A DNA stretch of 64,000 bases from an uncultured Gammaproteobacteria bacterium (GTDB lineage Bacteria > Patescibacteriota > Microgenomatia > Levybacterales > GWA1-39-11): the NCBI GenBank assembly GCA_964651815.1, contig CAZYWG010000009.1, forward strand, positions 601-64,600, read 5' to 3'. This document shows positions 52,752 through 63,087 of this stretch, one piece after another; positions within the stretch are counted from its first letter, which is position 1, and each line of letters begins with the position of its first letter. The translations under genes and the position numbers were made by a program. The notes beneath the pieces were generated by a model. It did no database searches, was not told the origin of the DNA, and was given only the letters and a program-made list of their open reading frames with translations.

Positions 52752-52992
52752 TTTTTACAATTTTCGCGCTCACTATGAAAATAACAATTGGAATGAAAAG
52801 TAAAACAAAGAAAAAAAGTGTATCAAAGTAAAAAGGGTATCCAAAATACTGAGAGAATCCTACAAGTTTATCGTTACCTATTTCCGGTGGTAATAACAAC
52901 GCCTTAATTATTTTAAATCCCATTAACAAAGCCAAATTTGTAAAAATTGAAAGGACTATGCTAAAAAGTAAAACCAGCTTATCTTTTTTCAT
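52741..52992 (-). CDS. Small two-TM membrane protein
   Basis: MKKDKLVLL... two hydrophobic helices; overlaps both neighbours as in translational coupling. Confidence 0.55.
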   Translation of the reverse strand: MKKDKLVLLFSIVLSIFTNLALLMGFKIIKALLLPPEIGNDKLVGFSQYFGYPFYFDTLFFFVLLFIPIVIFIVSAKIVKNEE

Positions 52993-55567
52993 AAACTCCA
53001 ATTCCATCAGGATAAACAAATAATCCAAGATACGGATAATAAAAGAAGCTATCAAAGTATTTATATAAAGGGAGTTTTAAAGGAAAATAAGCAACTCTGA
53101 AGTAACCTATTCTTTGAAGTTTTTTTACAAGATCAGACTTCAGAGAAATTTTGTAAAACATTTTTTCGTATTGAACATTTGAAATCACTACATATTTAGG
53201 TAAGACTTTTGTTTTACTGTCGATAACAACATAATTATATCTTGTTTTAAAATTGGGATGATATTGTTTTTCGTAAAATTCTTTAAGGACAAAATCTGGC
53301 TCAAATTGGTATATGGGAATGTTCTCTAGTCCAATAACAGACTTTTCTGGGATATTATTCACTATCCAAGCCGAGGAAGTCTGTTCCGGGGATGGGGAAA
53401 GCTTCATCCCAACCCATAGGTATGATTCAAATATTTGAATAAACATTAGTATCACCAAAAAGATATAGAAAAATATTTTTAGAAATTTCGTTTTGTATGT
53501 AGATTCGATCATATTTTTGAGGGCTAATGCATCTATGGTTACTAAAAATGGCAATAAGACCACAGACCTATTTGCGCTAATTGTTATACCTAGTGGAACA
53601 TAACTTAAACAAAATACTAAAAATGACAATAAAATGAACAATTTTTGTTTTAAATCTTCAGTCCGCTTTTGCTTAAAATCTTTAAAGATTAGGTATGCAA
53701 AATAAAGTATTAAAGGTATGCTCACAAAATATAACTCATGTCCAAATATCGCGGGCAACTTATGAAGTAGAGTTAAATCTGTCAGTGAGTATTTGGATGG
53801 GAAATTTCTTAGAAGAAGTGAGGGACCACTAACTATATTACTATATATATATTCAAACATACTCTGCCCTCTAAAAACTACGTCTGGAAGCCCAAAAAAA
53901 ACAGAGACAACAAAAAATATAAAAACTCCTAGTGCTAGACTCAAATATTTTTTGCTTGACGAAGCCATAAACATTAAATAAGAAACAGGCACAAGTATCA
54001 GCAGGGGTATAGCGCTTACTTTAACAGCAAACGAAAACCCGGAAAATGTGCAAGCCAAAAGGAAGTTTTTCTTATTTGGAGTCAAAGAGAATTTAAGAAA
54101 ATAATAAAATGAAAGTGCAACCCAAAATGTGAGTGCGATATCATATTTAAAAAAATTGCTGATTACAAGCCAGGCAGGTGTAAAAATAAACAGGAGCAAT
54201 ATAAGTATTGAATTTATTTTTAACAACTTTGCGATTTGCCTCATGGTTATTAACGTCAAAACCCCAAAAAATAGGGTTAGAAGCCTCAGAACTATGAATA
54301 ATTTTTCCTGCTCAAATATTGAGTCAACTGAAGATTTAATAGCAAAAGGATTAACAATATGTGTTATATAAAAAGGAATCAGGAGAATTCCCGATATAAA
54401 AAAGTTAAACATTGTCCCATTTGCAGACCCTGACAAATTTGGCGTACCGTATTTGAATACATCTCTCACTGCTTGCATCTGGTGCCATTCGTCCATTTGA
54501 TATGCGAAAGGATGATATTGATTAGGTATTCCAGAGGTAATAACCGAAATCATCGTAATAATATAAATGGTAACCAAAATAAATAAAACACTATTACCCT
54601 TAACTACACTTTTAAGATTTACTTTCATAATTAATCTAGTTAATCCGAGAGACGTTCCAATCAAAACAGCAAGATCTGAGGTTATTTGGAGAAGAGGCAA
54701 AATAGTAAATGCTCGCAAATCTTCAACATATTTGTAATTTTTCTTGACTGCCCACAATACATAAACTACCGTTGCGATTAATATTAACATTAAAATAATA
54801 ATTGATTTAAGAAGTAATGCAATAACTATTAGATATGCGTAAAAAATATATCTTACGTAAATCAAAATGACTTTATCTCTAACTATTCCTGACTCCGCAT
54901 CACCTAATGCAAATCTAAAGAACATGACAAAGGCTTGCCAAATATTTTTTCTTGGAGTCCAGTAGACAATAGCGTCTTTCACAAAAACAATTTTTGAATT
55001 TGCCCTCTTTAAATTGTTTGCAAAAACATAATCTTCATTATGAGAATATTCTTCATCAAATCCATGAATTTTCTTCCAAATACTTTTTTTAAACGCAACA
55101 GATCTGGCTGCCGGAAGAAATTCTGATTCAACAATCCTGTCAGGCATCACAAGAGCATACGGAATCACGCATTTTTGAAAAAAGGTCTCGGAATTTCCCT
55201 TATAATATCCGGCGACAACATCAACCGTCGTATCACTGAATGGTTTAATAATATTCTTAACCCAATTTTTGTCGAGAGTATTGCCAGCATCAGAGCAAAG
55301 AATAATATCACCTGTCGCTTTTCTAATCCCTTCGTTTCTTCCGACTGAACGATTTCCCGGTTTGTTAAGAAGTTTAATAGTTGGATTCCTTACTTTATTC
55401 TTTAGAAGGTAGTCTTTAACAATTTTGACCGTTGAGTCGCTGCTTCCCCCATCTACGATAATAAATTCGTCCGGCAATTTTGATTGGCTCAGCACCGATT
55501 TAATAAACCTCAAAATTGTGTTCTCTTCGTTATAAATCGTTACAATAAGAGATAACTTGGTTTTCAT
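52979..55567 (-). CDS. GT2 domain fused to a GT-C membrane domain
   Basis: N-terminal DGGSSD, GRNEGI, DAG, ED; later MDE loop and multi-TM domain. Confidence 0.8.
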   Translation of the reverse strand: MKTKLSLIVTIYNEENTILRFIKSVLSQSKLPDEFIIVDGGSSDSTVKIVKDYLLKNKVRNPTIKLLNKPGNRSVGRNEGIRKATGDIILCSDAGNTLDKNWVKNIIKPFSDTTVDVVAGYYKGNSETFFQKCVIPYALVMPDRIVESEFLPAARSVAFKKSIWKKIHGFDEEYSHNEDYVFANNLKRANSKIVFVKDAIVYWTPRKNIWQAFVMFFRFALGDAESGIVRDKVILIYVRYIFYAYLIVIALLLKSIIILMLILIATVVYVLWAVKKNYKYVEDLRAFTILPLLQITSDLAVLIGTSLGLTRLIMKVNLKSVVKGNSVLFILVTIYIITMISVITSGIPNQYHPFAYQMDEWHQMQAVRDVFKYGTPNLSGSANGTMFNFFISGILLIPFYITHIVNPFAIKSSVDSIFEQEKLFIVLRLLTLFFGVLTLITMRQIAKLLKINSILILLLFIFTPAWLVISNFFKYDIALTFWVALSFYYFLKFSLTPNKKNFLLACTFSGFSFAVKVSAIPLLILVPVSYLMFMASSSKKYLSLALGVFIFFVVSVFFGLPDVVFRGQSMFEYIYSNIVSGPSLLLRNFPSKYSLTDLTLLHKLPAIFGHELYFVSIPLILYFAYLIFKDFKQKRTEDLKQKLFILLSFLVFCLSYVPLGITISANRSVVLLPFLVTIDALALKNMIESTYKTKFLKIFFYIFLVILMFIQIFESYLWVGMKLSPSPEQTSSAWIVNNIPEKSVIGLENIPIYQFEPDFVLKEFYEKQYHPNFKTRYNYVVIDSKTKVLPKYVVISNVQYEKMFYKISLKSDLVKKLQRIGYFRVAYFPLKLPLYKYFDSFFYYPYLGLFVYPDGIGVYEKR

Positions 55568-55700
55568 TTTATGTGAATTTTAATTTTATAGGAGATTATA
55601 CCACCAAAAGTCGTTTCACCCACAAATTGCAAACCCAATATTTCTTTTTATTCGCACAAAAGTGTGTTATAAATTACCAATAAATCGCGCTTGAAAAACA

Positions 55701-57542
55701 ATGAGTTTATTTTATTCACTATTCGAAAATATTGTAAAAAAAATAAACTCAATAAAATCTGACTTTGTAGGATTTTCTATCAACCCACATATCTTTTTAA
55801 TAGTATTAGTATGTTTCTCCTTTTCACTTTTACTTACTTTCCTATCTTTTTCTCTCGGCAAAAAAATATCCTCGCAATTTAAACTGGAGTCAAAAAATGA
55901 TTATGAGTACTTATTTTTTACGGCCGTTGGCTACGTCTTAATTGGCAGCGGAATTGCTATCCTAGGTTTATTTTCAATATTAAATTTTAGCTACATTACT
56001 TTGTATTTAGCGCTTATAATTGCTTATTCATTTTTCTTCCCATTTTCATTAAGACAAAACTCAATTTATTTCTATAGACATTTAAAAGCTGACTACAATT
56101 ATTTAAAACAAAACAAGTTCGTTTTTATATGGGTGACTCTTTTCATATTGATTGCAATATTAAACTTGGTCAATCCGGAAGTAAGAGAAGACCAATACCA
56201 TGTAGATTTACCTGTCATATATTTAAAACACCAAACTATTATGATTCCGCCCCATGAGGTAATTAAAGTGTCTGCAAGCCCACTTTTAGGAGAAATGTAC
56301 TACATCCCAGGAATTTTGTATATATCTCGTGAATCTTCAAGATACATTCATTTTATTTTTTATATATTAGTATTACTCACACTCATAAATTTTTCTAAAT
56401 TAAAGAAGTATAAATTTGCTATTTATACACCGTTAATTTTTATTACTGCTCCTGTTGTCATTCATGAAACGTCGGCAATGTACGTGGATTTTGAATGGAT
56501 ATTTTGTTTTTTGTTATCGGTTCTAGTTTTAACGGATCAAAAGAACAATAAACTTGCGATTTTAAAATCCGGCTTATTATTTGGTGGAATGCTCGCGTCT
56601 AAATTGTGGACTATAGTTTTTTTGATTCCTTCTATTTTTTATTTGATAACTGAAAAGCTAAAAAAAATTCAGAAGATTAAATACTTGCTTGTTTTCTTAT
56701 TTTCAGTTTTAGGCATAACTTCCATATGGTTTATAAGAGCTTATATATTGACCGGGAATCCCATATTCCCTGCTTTCGGAAGTACAGAAAGACCTTTTCA
56801 TGCAGATTTGGTGAAATCTTTTTTAAGTTTTGCAGGAATCAACTATGCTTTAATTAACATTCCGTCTTATATTAATGTATTTAGCCCATTATTTTTTTTA
56901 AGTCTTTTATTTCTAGTATTCAAATTAAAAGACACTGTCAAACTATTTTTTGATCTAAAACTCTTTAAGTACTTACTTTTCTTGACTGTCTTATATTTGA
57001 CAATTCACTATCCTTTTGGAAGATATTTGCTTGGATTATATGCGCTCTTTATTTTTTTGAATGCCTTCGTAATACATAACTTCATAAAATTTACTTGGTT
57101 CAAAATATTTTTTAACTTAACTTTAGTAATATTGTTTTCCTATTATTTTGTAAATTCTTTGCTTGTTTTACCCTACGCTTTTGGAATCTCCGACCAGAAT
57201 AAATATTTGTCTAGAATTTTTGTAAGGGACAACTCGAGTTACTATGATTTTGGTCATAAATTTGAAAAATACATTTCCCCAAAAGATAAAGTGGCAATGT
57301 TTAACTTTCACGGATATTATTACGCTAATTTTGATTACACAGATGTTTATTTCATATTTGATAATAATCAAGCATCTCTTGATTCGCTAAAAGTTAAAAA
57401 GTATACAAAACTTCTTACTCGTGGAGGAGATATAAAATGGATGTGTAGCCAGCTGAACATAAAAAATTTCAATTATTCAGGCTTTCGGCTTATTTCTACA
57501 TACTCTGACTTCCCAAGTTATTATTTGTATAATATCAACTAA
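55701..57542 (+). CDS. GT-C fold membrane protein
   Basis: PEVREDQYH loop, YVD, TGNPIFP; similar in style to 32784-34325. Confidence 0.65.
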   Translation: MSLFYSLFENIVKKINSIKSDFVGFSINPHIFLIVLVCFSFSLLLTFLSFSLGKKISSQFKLESKNDYEYLFFTAVGYVLIGSGIAILGLFSILNFSYITLYLALIIAYSFFFPFSLRQNSIYFYRHLKADYNYLKQNKFVFIWVTLFILIAILNLVNPEVREDQYHVDLPVIYLKHQTIMIPPHEVIKVSASPLLGEMYYIPGILYISRESSRYIHFIFYILVLLTLINFSKLKKYKFAIYTPLIFITAPVVIHETSAMYVDFEWIFCFLLSVLVLTDQKNNKLAILKSGLLFGGMLASKLWTIVFLIPSIFYLITEKLKKIQKIKYLLVFLFSVLGITSIWFIRAYILTGNPIFPAFGSTERPFHADLVKSFLSFAGINYALINIPSYINVFSPLFFLSLLFLVFKLKDTVKLFFDLKLFKYLLFLTVLYLTIHYPFGRYLLGLYALFIFLNAFVIHNFIKFTWFKIFFNLTLVILFSYYFVNSLLVLPYAFGISDQNKYLSRIFVRDNSSYYDFGHKFEKYISPKDKVAMFNFHGYYYANFDYTDVYFIFDNNQASLDSLKVKKYTKLLTRGGDIKWMCSQLNIKNFNYSGFRLISTYSDFPSYYLYNIN

Positions 57543-57544
57543 TT

Positions 57545-59329
57545 ATGCACGACCCAGTAAGAATGGTTTTTATAAATGTTATTGCCTCACTTATTGTCTT
57601 ATTTGGAACACTAATCTACAGATTTGTATATCCCAAAAAAAAAGTTAATTTATTCTTTCTTTTTCTCATAATCTCATTCTTACCCATATTAAGCATTTTC
57701 CGAGCCGGCGACTACGAAAGTGGGGACTTTAACATTCATATATATCGCATTATGTCTTTTTATGATTCGCTTTCTGAGGGGCATTTTATGCCCTCGTGGG
57801 CTGCCGAACTCAACGCAACTTATGGTAATCCTCTTTTTATTTTTAACTACTCTCTACCTTATTACGCAATTTGTTTTTTTCATTTACTTGGGGAGAGCTT
57901 CATAAACAGCATGAAAATTTATTTAGGTCTTAACTTATTTCTTTCAGGAATATTTATGTATATGTTAGCTAGAAAACTTATAAAAAATTCGCTCGCAGCA
58001 TTCACTTCTGCCATCTTCTATGTTTTCAATCCATATCATTTAATTGATATTCACTTCAGGGCAACGCTAGGCGAAAGCACCATCTTTACTCTAGTTCCGC
58101 TTCTGCTTTTATTAATGGTCCTTTATTTGAGGGAGAAGAAATTCGTCTATTTGACCGCAGTAGCATTTGTAGGCCTATTATTATTTCTCGCACACCCTCT
58201 TGTAGCAGGAATATTTATCTTTATTTTTGCCTTATTTGCAATATTTTCAGTCAACTTAAAAAAAGATTTAAAAAGCGTCATTTTTATCATTATTGCTTTA
58301 ATCATAGGAGGAATCGGGTCAAGTTACTCGTGGCTTTCATTTATCATTTATTCGCGGTATATGCCGCCTGTGCCCGGGGGCGTTGTTTTTCAATTTGATA
58401 CACCTTCACAAGTTTTATACGCGCCTTGGAGGTTCGGGTTTCTTTTTCAGGGTCCAAAAGGAGAACTCGCCCCCATAATTGGATATACACAAATTTTTGT
58501 AGTCATAGTTATACTTTTTCTTTTCCTCAAACGTAAAATAGCAAAGAAGTTGAAGACCGACTACTTATTTTGGTTATCAATTATGTTTACAATTCTTTTT
58601 TTTATGAGTTCATATTCAAAACCCATCTGGAACTTTTTCCCTTTTTTATTAATGCTTGAAAGCAACCGCTTGTTATTACCTATTGCACTTTGCACGTCTC
58701 TACTCGCCGGATATCTTGCTTTATCCTTTTCAGATTCCAAACGAAAACGAATGTTTATATATACCCTTCTTGTGGTTACGATTGGTTATACAATACTTAA
58801 TTGGGGACATAGAAGGGTAATTCCTCAAATTAATGATGCAGATCTTAGAAAGAATGTTTGGATCAGTACGGTAACAGAGGGCACAACGGCCTATTTCTTA
58901 AATAACAAATGGGCAGATATTAACAATTTTTGGTTCTCAAAAATTCCAAATCAACATTTAGAGATTGTTAAGGGAAGCGGAAAAGTTAAAGAAATAAAAA
59001 GAACTTCCACAGAACATGAATATACTCTGACTTCAGAGACTCCAATTATTATAAAAGAGAATACACTTTTTTATCCTGGCTGGAGGCTCAAAACCAACAA
59101 TAGGCCTGTCAACATTTATCCCGGGAAAAGAGGAGTGATTTACGCAGTTCTTCCAACAGACGCTCATTTTGTTGATTTATATTATGAAGATATTCTTCCT
59201 TACAAAATTTCAAAAATAGTAAGTGCTTCTATATTTGGTATTTTATTGGCGTTAATTTTATTATTCTCTATGGTTAAAGTCAGAAGCACGGGCTTATCGT
59301 TTTTTAAATGGTTTACGTCCAATCCATAA
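57545..59329 (+). CDS. Membrane protein, 6-pyruvoyl-tetrahydropterin-synthase-related/YfhO-like GT-C family
   Basis: GD..IH..R...G..MPSW...YGNPLF.F.Y, PYH..D...R..LGE, C-terminal FYPGW. Confidence 0.75.
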   Translation: MHDPVRMVFINVIASLIVLFGTLIYRFVYPKKKVNLFFLFLIISFLPILSIFRAGDYESGDFNIHIYRIMSFYDSLSEGHFMPSWAAELNATYGNPLFIFNYSLPYYAICFFHLLGESFINSMKIYLGLNLFLSGIFMYMLARKLIKNSLAAFTSAIFYVFNPYHLIDIHFRATLGESTIFTLVPLLLLLMVLYLREKKFVYLTAVAFVGLLLFLAHPLVAGIFIFIFALFAIFSVNLKKDLKSVIFIIIALIIGGIGSSYSWLSFIIYSRYMPPVPGGVVFQFDTPSQVLYAPWRFGFLFQGPKGELAPIIGYTQIFVVIVILFLFLKRKIAKKLKTDYLFWLSIMFTILFFMSSYSKPIWNFFPFLLMLESNRLLLPIALCTSLLAGYLALSFSDSKRKRMFIYTLLVVTIGYTILNWGHRRVIPQINDADLRKNVWISTVTEGTTAYFLNNKWADINNFWFSKIPNQHLEIVKGSGKVKEIKRTSTEHEYTLTSETPIIIKENTLFYPGWRLKTNNRPVNIYPGKRGVIYAVLPTDAHFVDLYYEDILPYKISKIVSASIFGILLALILLFSMVKVRSTGLSFFKWFTSNP

Positions 59330-60211
59330 CATCTCACCCGGAATATAAAATGTCCATGTTGGTCTTAGTTTAAAAAAAGGATCAACAACTCTCATTATAA
59401 ATTTCCTTAAAGAATATCTGCTTAGGGAATTATCCAAAAGATCACGTGTAGCAACAAATGGAAAAGTTTTAGTCTCTAAGTGCTTAATACCGCTGTTTTC
59501 TGCTAACAAATTAAGACTTTTTTCGGTAAAATATTGAATATGTTGTCCCTGCCAATACCACCAATTTCGTGTGAGAAGCTTGCTTGGTAATGAATTTATA
59601 TCCCCTGTCCAAATCACCAATATTCCTCCGGGTTTAAGAAGTTTGCTAATATACCCCATTTCTTCTCTGGGCAATTCAAAATGTTCAATCACACCAAACA
59701 AAGTTATAACTTCATATTTGCGCCTGGAATTCTTCGAGAGCTCTTTTAATCTTTCACGATGAATTGTTATCCCCTTCTTGCGGGCAATTTCTGAAGACCA
59801 ACGAGATAATTCGAGCCCTTCAACCTTATATCCGAATTTCTTAGATACCGACAAAAATTCTCCTGTTGCGCATCCTACATCAAGAATTGTACCCGAGGAA
59901 ACATAATTTTTAATGTGAGGAAGAATTTTTGCAGCTGATATACTAATTGATACTAAATAATTAAGATACTCCTGATCAATTACGTCCTTATAATTTTTAA
60001 ACATGTCTTTGGGTAAAGGGGAGCAAAAAACGTGCGAACACTCTAAACATTTTACGGCTCTGAAAGTTTTACCTGAGTTCGGAGTCTTCACATACGTAAA
60101 TGATAGTTTTTTAAGATCGATGTTTGATGGATACAGCTCTTGCGTATTTTCTGAATAGCAAACTGGGCATTTATCGTTTTTTTTCTTTTTCAAATTTTTT
60201 GCTTTAAGCAT
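59294..60211 (-). CDS. Class I SAM-dependent methyltransferase with N-terminal Zn finger
   Basis: CPVC...CLEC, ILDVGCATG, VIEH, LKPGG, HIQYF. Confidence 0.87.
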   Translation of the reverse strand: MLKAKNLKKKKNDKCPVCYSENTQELYPSNIDLKKLSFTYVKTPNSGKTFRAVKCLECSHVFCSPLPKDMFKNYKDVIDQEYLNYLVSISISAAKILPHIKNYVSSGTILDVGCATGEFLSVSKKFGYKVEGLELSRWSSEIARKKGITIHRERLKELSKNSRRKYEVITLFGVIEHFELPREEMGYISKLLKPGGILVIWTGDINSLPSKLLTRNWWYWQGQHIQYFTEKSLNLLAENSGIKHLETKTFPFVATRDLLDNSLSRYSLRKFIMRVVDPFFKLRPTWTFYIPGEMLWIGRKPFKKR

Positions 60212-60254
60212 ATGAATTTAACATTCTATCATCTAATGATAAAACGTCAAAGTG

Positions 60255-61367
60255 TTATTTTTTCCACAAATGCACGTACATAGAAACAACCTTATTCCAA
60301 GTTTGAGCCTGAACCCACCCATACCCAGCTTCGATTTTTTGACGCTCTGCCTCTGGATGTTCAATATAATATAGTAAGTCACGCACGAGAGCCTCGGAAC
60401 TGCCTGAGATTGATATGTATTTTGCAAATGGAGACATTCTAAGGTAATCTTCTTTTAAAGGATTGTCATAGAGCGCAAAAACCATTCTTTTTGAGGCTAA
60501 AGCCTCTAGTATTGAAAGGTATCTCGAAACAAAAGCAAACCGGTATGAAACAAGAAGTTTTTCTGGGTTCTTTACAAACCCAAGCACGTTAGAATATTTC
60601 TGAACTTTTTGTTTAAATTTACCGTCCCCTGCTACAACAAAATCAAATTTTGGAAACGTCTTTCTAATCTCACCTACCGCGCCACAATACTCTAGGATAC
60701 CAGTTTGTTCATCCAGCCGCCCAAAAAAAAATGCACTTTTTTTGTTTTTTTTAAAACTTTGAACTTTTAAATTTGAACTTTTAACTTTTCCCACTCCGCC
60801 GTATGATACAAAGTCGGGTTTGGCATAATACCATTTTTTCATAAACGATCCTATGCAAATTGACCCGTATGATAAAAATTCCGACAATTTTCTAACGATG
60901 ATTGCTTTTTTTTTGACCGGGAAACTTTCATATCCATGGAATGTTGTATAGACCTTTTTCCAAAAAAGTAAAACACGGAAAGGGAGGTACCAAAAGAAAA
61001 CATCATGGCATTGAATTATGTCCGAATCCAAAACAACAGGAAGCACTTTTAACATTTTCAGCCATATCCTGAATTTTTTAAACCAATCGTCTTTTCCAAA
61101 ATTTAGTCTGATGATTTTTATTTTATCAAGCTCAAAAAAATCATTTTGGATTGATTTGACGGGCTGTCTTGTTTTACCATCAGCACTATCACTTCTGCCT
61201 ATTGACTGATAACCTATGCTTTTGCTATGCTGATTTTTTGGGGGAAATTCCGTGACTACAGAGACCTCATATCCTTTTTCAATTAATATTTTTGCTACTT
61301 CCAAACAGTGCTTCTCCACCCCACCAATCTCAGGATAGAAGCGTCTCGCCAAAAATAAAATTTTCAT
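60255..61367 (-). CDS. Glycosyltransferase family 4
   Basis: P.IGGVEKH, TFHG, FGRL, AGDG, ILEALA. Confidence 0.87.
   Translation of the reverse strand: MKILFLARRFYPEIGGVEKHCLEVAKILIEKGYEVSVVTEFPPKNQHSKSIGYQSIGRSDSADGKTRQPVKSIQNDFFELDKIKIIRLNFGKDDWFKKFRIWLKMLKVLPVVLDSDIIQCHDVFFWYLPFRVLLFWKKVYTTFHGYESFPVKKKAIIVRKLSEFLSYGSICIGSFMKKWYYAKPDFVSYGGVGKVKSSNLKVQSFKKNKKSAFFFGRLDEQTGILEYCGAVGEIRKTFPKFDFVVAGDGKFKQKVQKYSNVLGFVKNPEKLLVSYRFAFVSRYLSILEALASKRMVFALYDNPLKEDYLRMSPFAKYISISGSSEALVRDLLYYIEHPEAERQKIEAGYGWVQAQTWNKVVSMYVHLWKK
60753..60787 (-). repeat. Degenerate heptamer tandem repeat inside the GT4 gene
   Basis: AAGTTAA AAGTTCA AATTTAA AAGTTCA AAGTTTT, encoding KVKSSNLKVQSF. Confidence 0.65.
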
Positions 61368-61386
61368 GAATTCTGCGGGCAGACAG

Positions 61387-61458
61387 TGGACCCGAAGGGA
61401 CTCGAACCCCTGACATCTTCGATGTGAACGAAGCGCTCTACCACTGAGCTACGGATCC
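61387..61458 (-). tRNA. tRNA-Val(CAC)
   Basis: GGATCCG...CGGGTCC-A; anticodon arm CTTCG-TTCACAT-CGAAG; canonical TTCGAGT T-loop; CCA not encoded. Confidence 0.93.
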
Positions 61459-61592
61459 TCAATGCTCAAACATTCTACCAAACTTATGGTCATATTTCTA
61501 TTTTGGGCATCAATTTGAGACATTGGCCTATATTGACAATAGAATTTATACTTTTCTTCTGTTAAAATCAACGAAACGATCTTATTCCGAGC

Positions 61593-63026
61593 ATGACAAA
61601 AACTCTCATCCTCATACCTACGTACAATGAATCAAAAAACGTTGAACTTCTTTACTATGAGATTAAAAAGAATAAAATTAAATCCGATATTTTATTTGTT
61701 GATGACAACTCCCCGGATGGAACTTCCAAAATAATCGCCGCACTTGCCAAAAAAGACAAATCTGTAAAGTTGCTTACACGCAAAAGCAAGCAAGGAATTG
61801 GAAGCGCCCACAAAGCAGGCATAGATTACGCATACAAAATGCATTACCAAACTCTTATTACCATGGATTCTGATTTTACCCATAAACCCAAGGACATCTT
61901 GAAATTTATGGCCCAGAAAAACCACGCAGATATAATTGTAGGTTCACGATATCTTGCAAAAGATAGCCTGTCTGACTGGAATTTTTTAAGGAAAGCACTT
62001 ACTGTTACGGCCCATTTCCTTACAAAAACCATTCTTTCAATAAAATATGATGCGACGGGCGCTTTCCGCCTATATAATCTGGACAAAATTCCTCAAGACG
62101 TATTTAAATTAGTTGAATCAAATGGCTATTCATTCTTTTTTGAAAGCCTTTATATCTTGCTTCTTAATGGCCTCAAAATTAGGGAGGTTTCAATAAGTCT
62201 CCCTGCAAGAACTTATGGTTCTTCAAAAATGAGTCTGAATGACGCTTGGAAAAGCCTTACTTTTCTCTTCCAAACTTACTATTTGTCAAAAATCTACAAG
62301 GATTCTTATATATACTCGCCACAGTTTATGCCTGCCAGAAAACTCAACGAAAAAGGTGAGGACGAATGGGACGAGTATTGGCGGACGGAAAGAAAAAAAA
62401 GGAAGGTGCTATATGACGCTCTAGCCGTCTTTTATAGAAAGTACATAATCAAACGTACACTCAATCATTACTTGACTAAAACGTTCAAAAAAGGGGCATT
62501 TCTGCTTCACGCAGGCTGTGGCGGCGGCCAGGTGGATGAAGATGTGGTGAATTACGCCAAAATAACGGCTCTAGACATATCCATTGAAGCATTAAATAGG
62601 TATAAATGGCTTTACAAGAATAAATGCAAGGTTGTACACGGCAGCATTTTTAAGATTCCATCTAAAAATCAAAACTTTGATGGGATATATAACTTAGGAG
62701 TTATGGAGCACCTAACTGACAAAGAAATAAAAGTAACACTTGATGAATTTAATAGAATACTTAAAAAGAATGGTAAAATTCTCCTCTTTTGGCCTCCGGC
62801 TTTTGGAGCCAGTGTCCTTTTTTTAAACACAGTCCACTTTATTTTGAATGGGATCCTTAAAAAGAATATACGCTTGCATCCGCACGAAATTACAAAAGTT
62901 ACTTCAAGAAAACAAATCGGCAATATCCTTGCTCGTTCGGGTTTTGAACTTGAAAAATTTGACTTTGGGCCGAGAGATTTCTTTACATATACCATAATTG
63001 TGGGTAAAAAATTATATAATCGTTGA
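61593..63026 (+). CDS. DPM1-like polyprenol-phosphate glycosyltransferase fused to a SAM-methyltransferase domain
   Basis: IPTYNE, DDNSPDGT, MDSDFTH, GSRY, DATGAFRLY; then LHAGCGGG, FDGIYNLGVMEH. Confidence 0.82.
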   Translation: MTKTLILIPTYNESKNVELLYYEIKKNKIKSDILFVDDNSPDGTSKIIAALAKKDKSVKLLTRKSKQGIGSAHKAGIDYAYKMHYQTLITMDSDFTHKPKDILKFMAQKNHADIIVGSRYLAKDSLSDWNFLRKALTVTAHFLTKTILSIKYDATGAFRLYNLDKIPQDVFKLVESNGYSFFFESLYILLLNGLKIREVSISLPARTYGSSKMSLNDAWKSLTFLFQTYYLSKIYKDSYIYSPQFMPARKLNEKGEDEWDEYWRTERKKRKVLYDALAVFYRKYIIKRTLNHYLTKTFKKGAFLLHAGCGGGQVDEDVVNYAKITALDISIEALNRYKWLYKNKCKVVHGSIFKIPSKNQNFDGIYNLGVMEHLTDKEIKVTLDEFNRILKKNGKILLFWPPAFGASVLFLNTVHFILNGILKKNIRLHPHEITKVTSRKQIGNILARSGFELEKFDFGPRDFFTYTIIVGKKLYNR

Positions 63027-63087
63027 CATAGAACTCCCTTTAATTCAAAATGGGTGAGGCCCCTCTTTGGGTATAACAGGATTACGC

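Noticed and set aside
61140-61245. About 30 aa polar insertion near the GT4 N-terminus as a possible intein or mobile remnant
   Set aside because: Too short, no intein terminal residues or terminal repeats; probably a variable loop.
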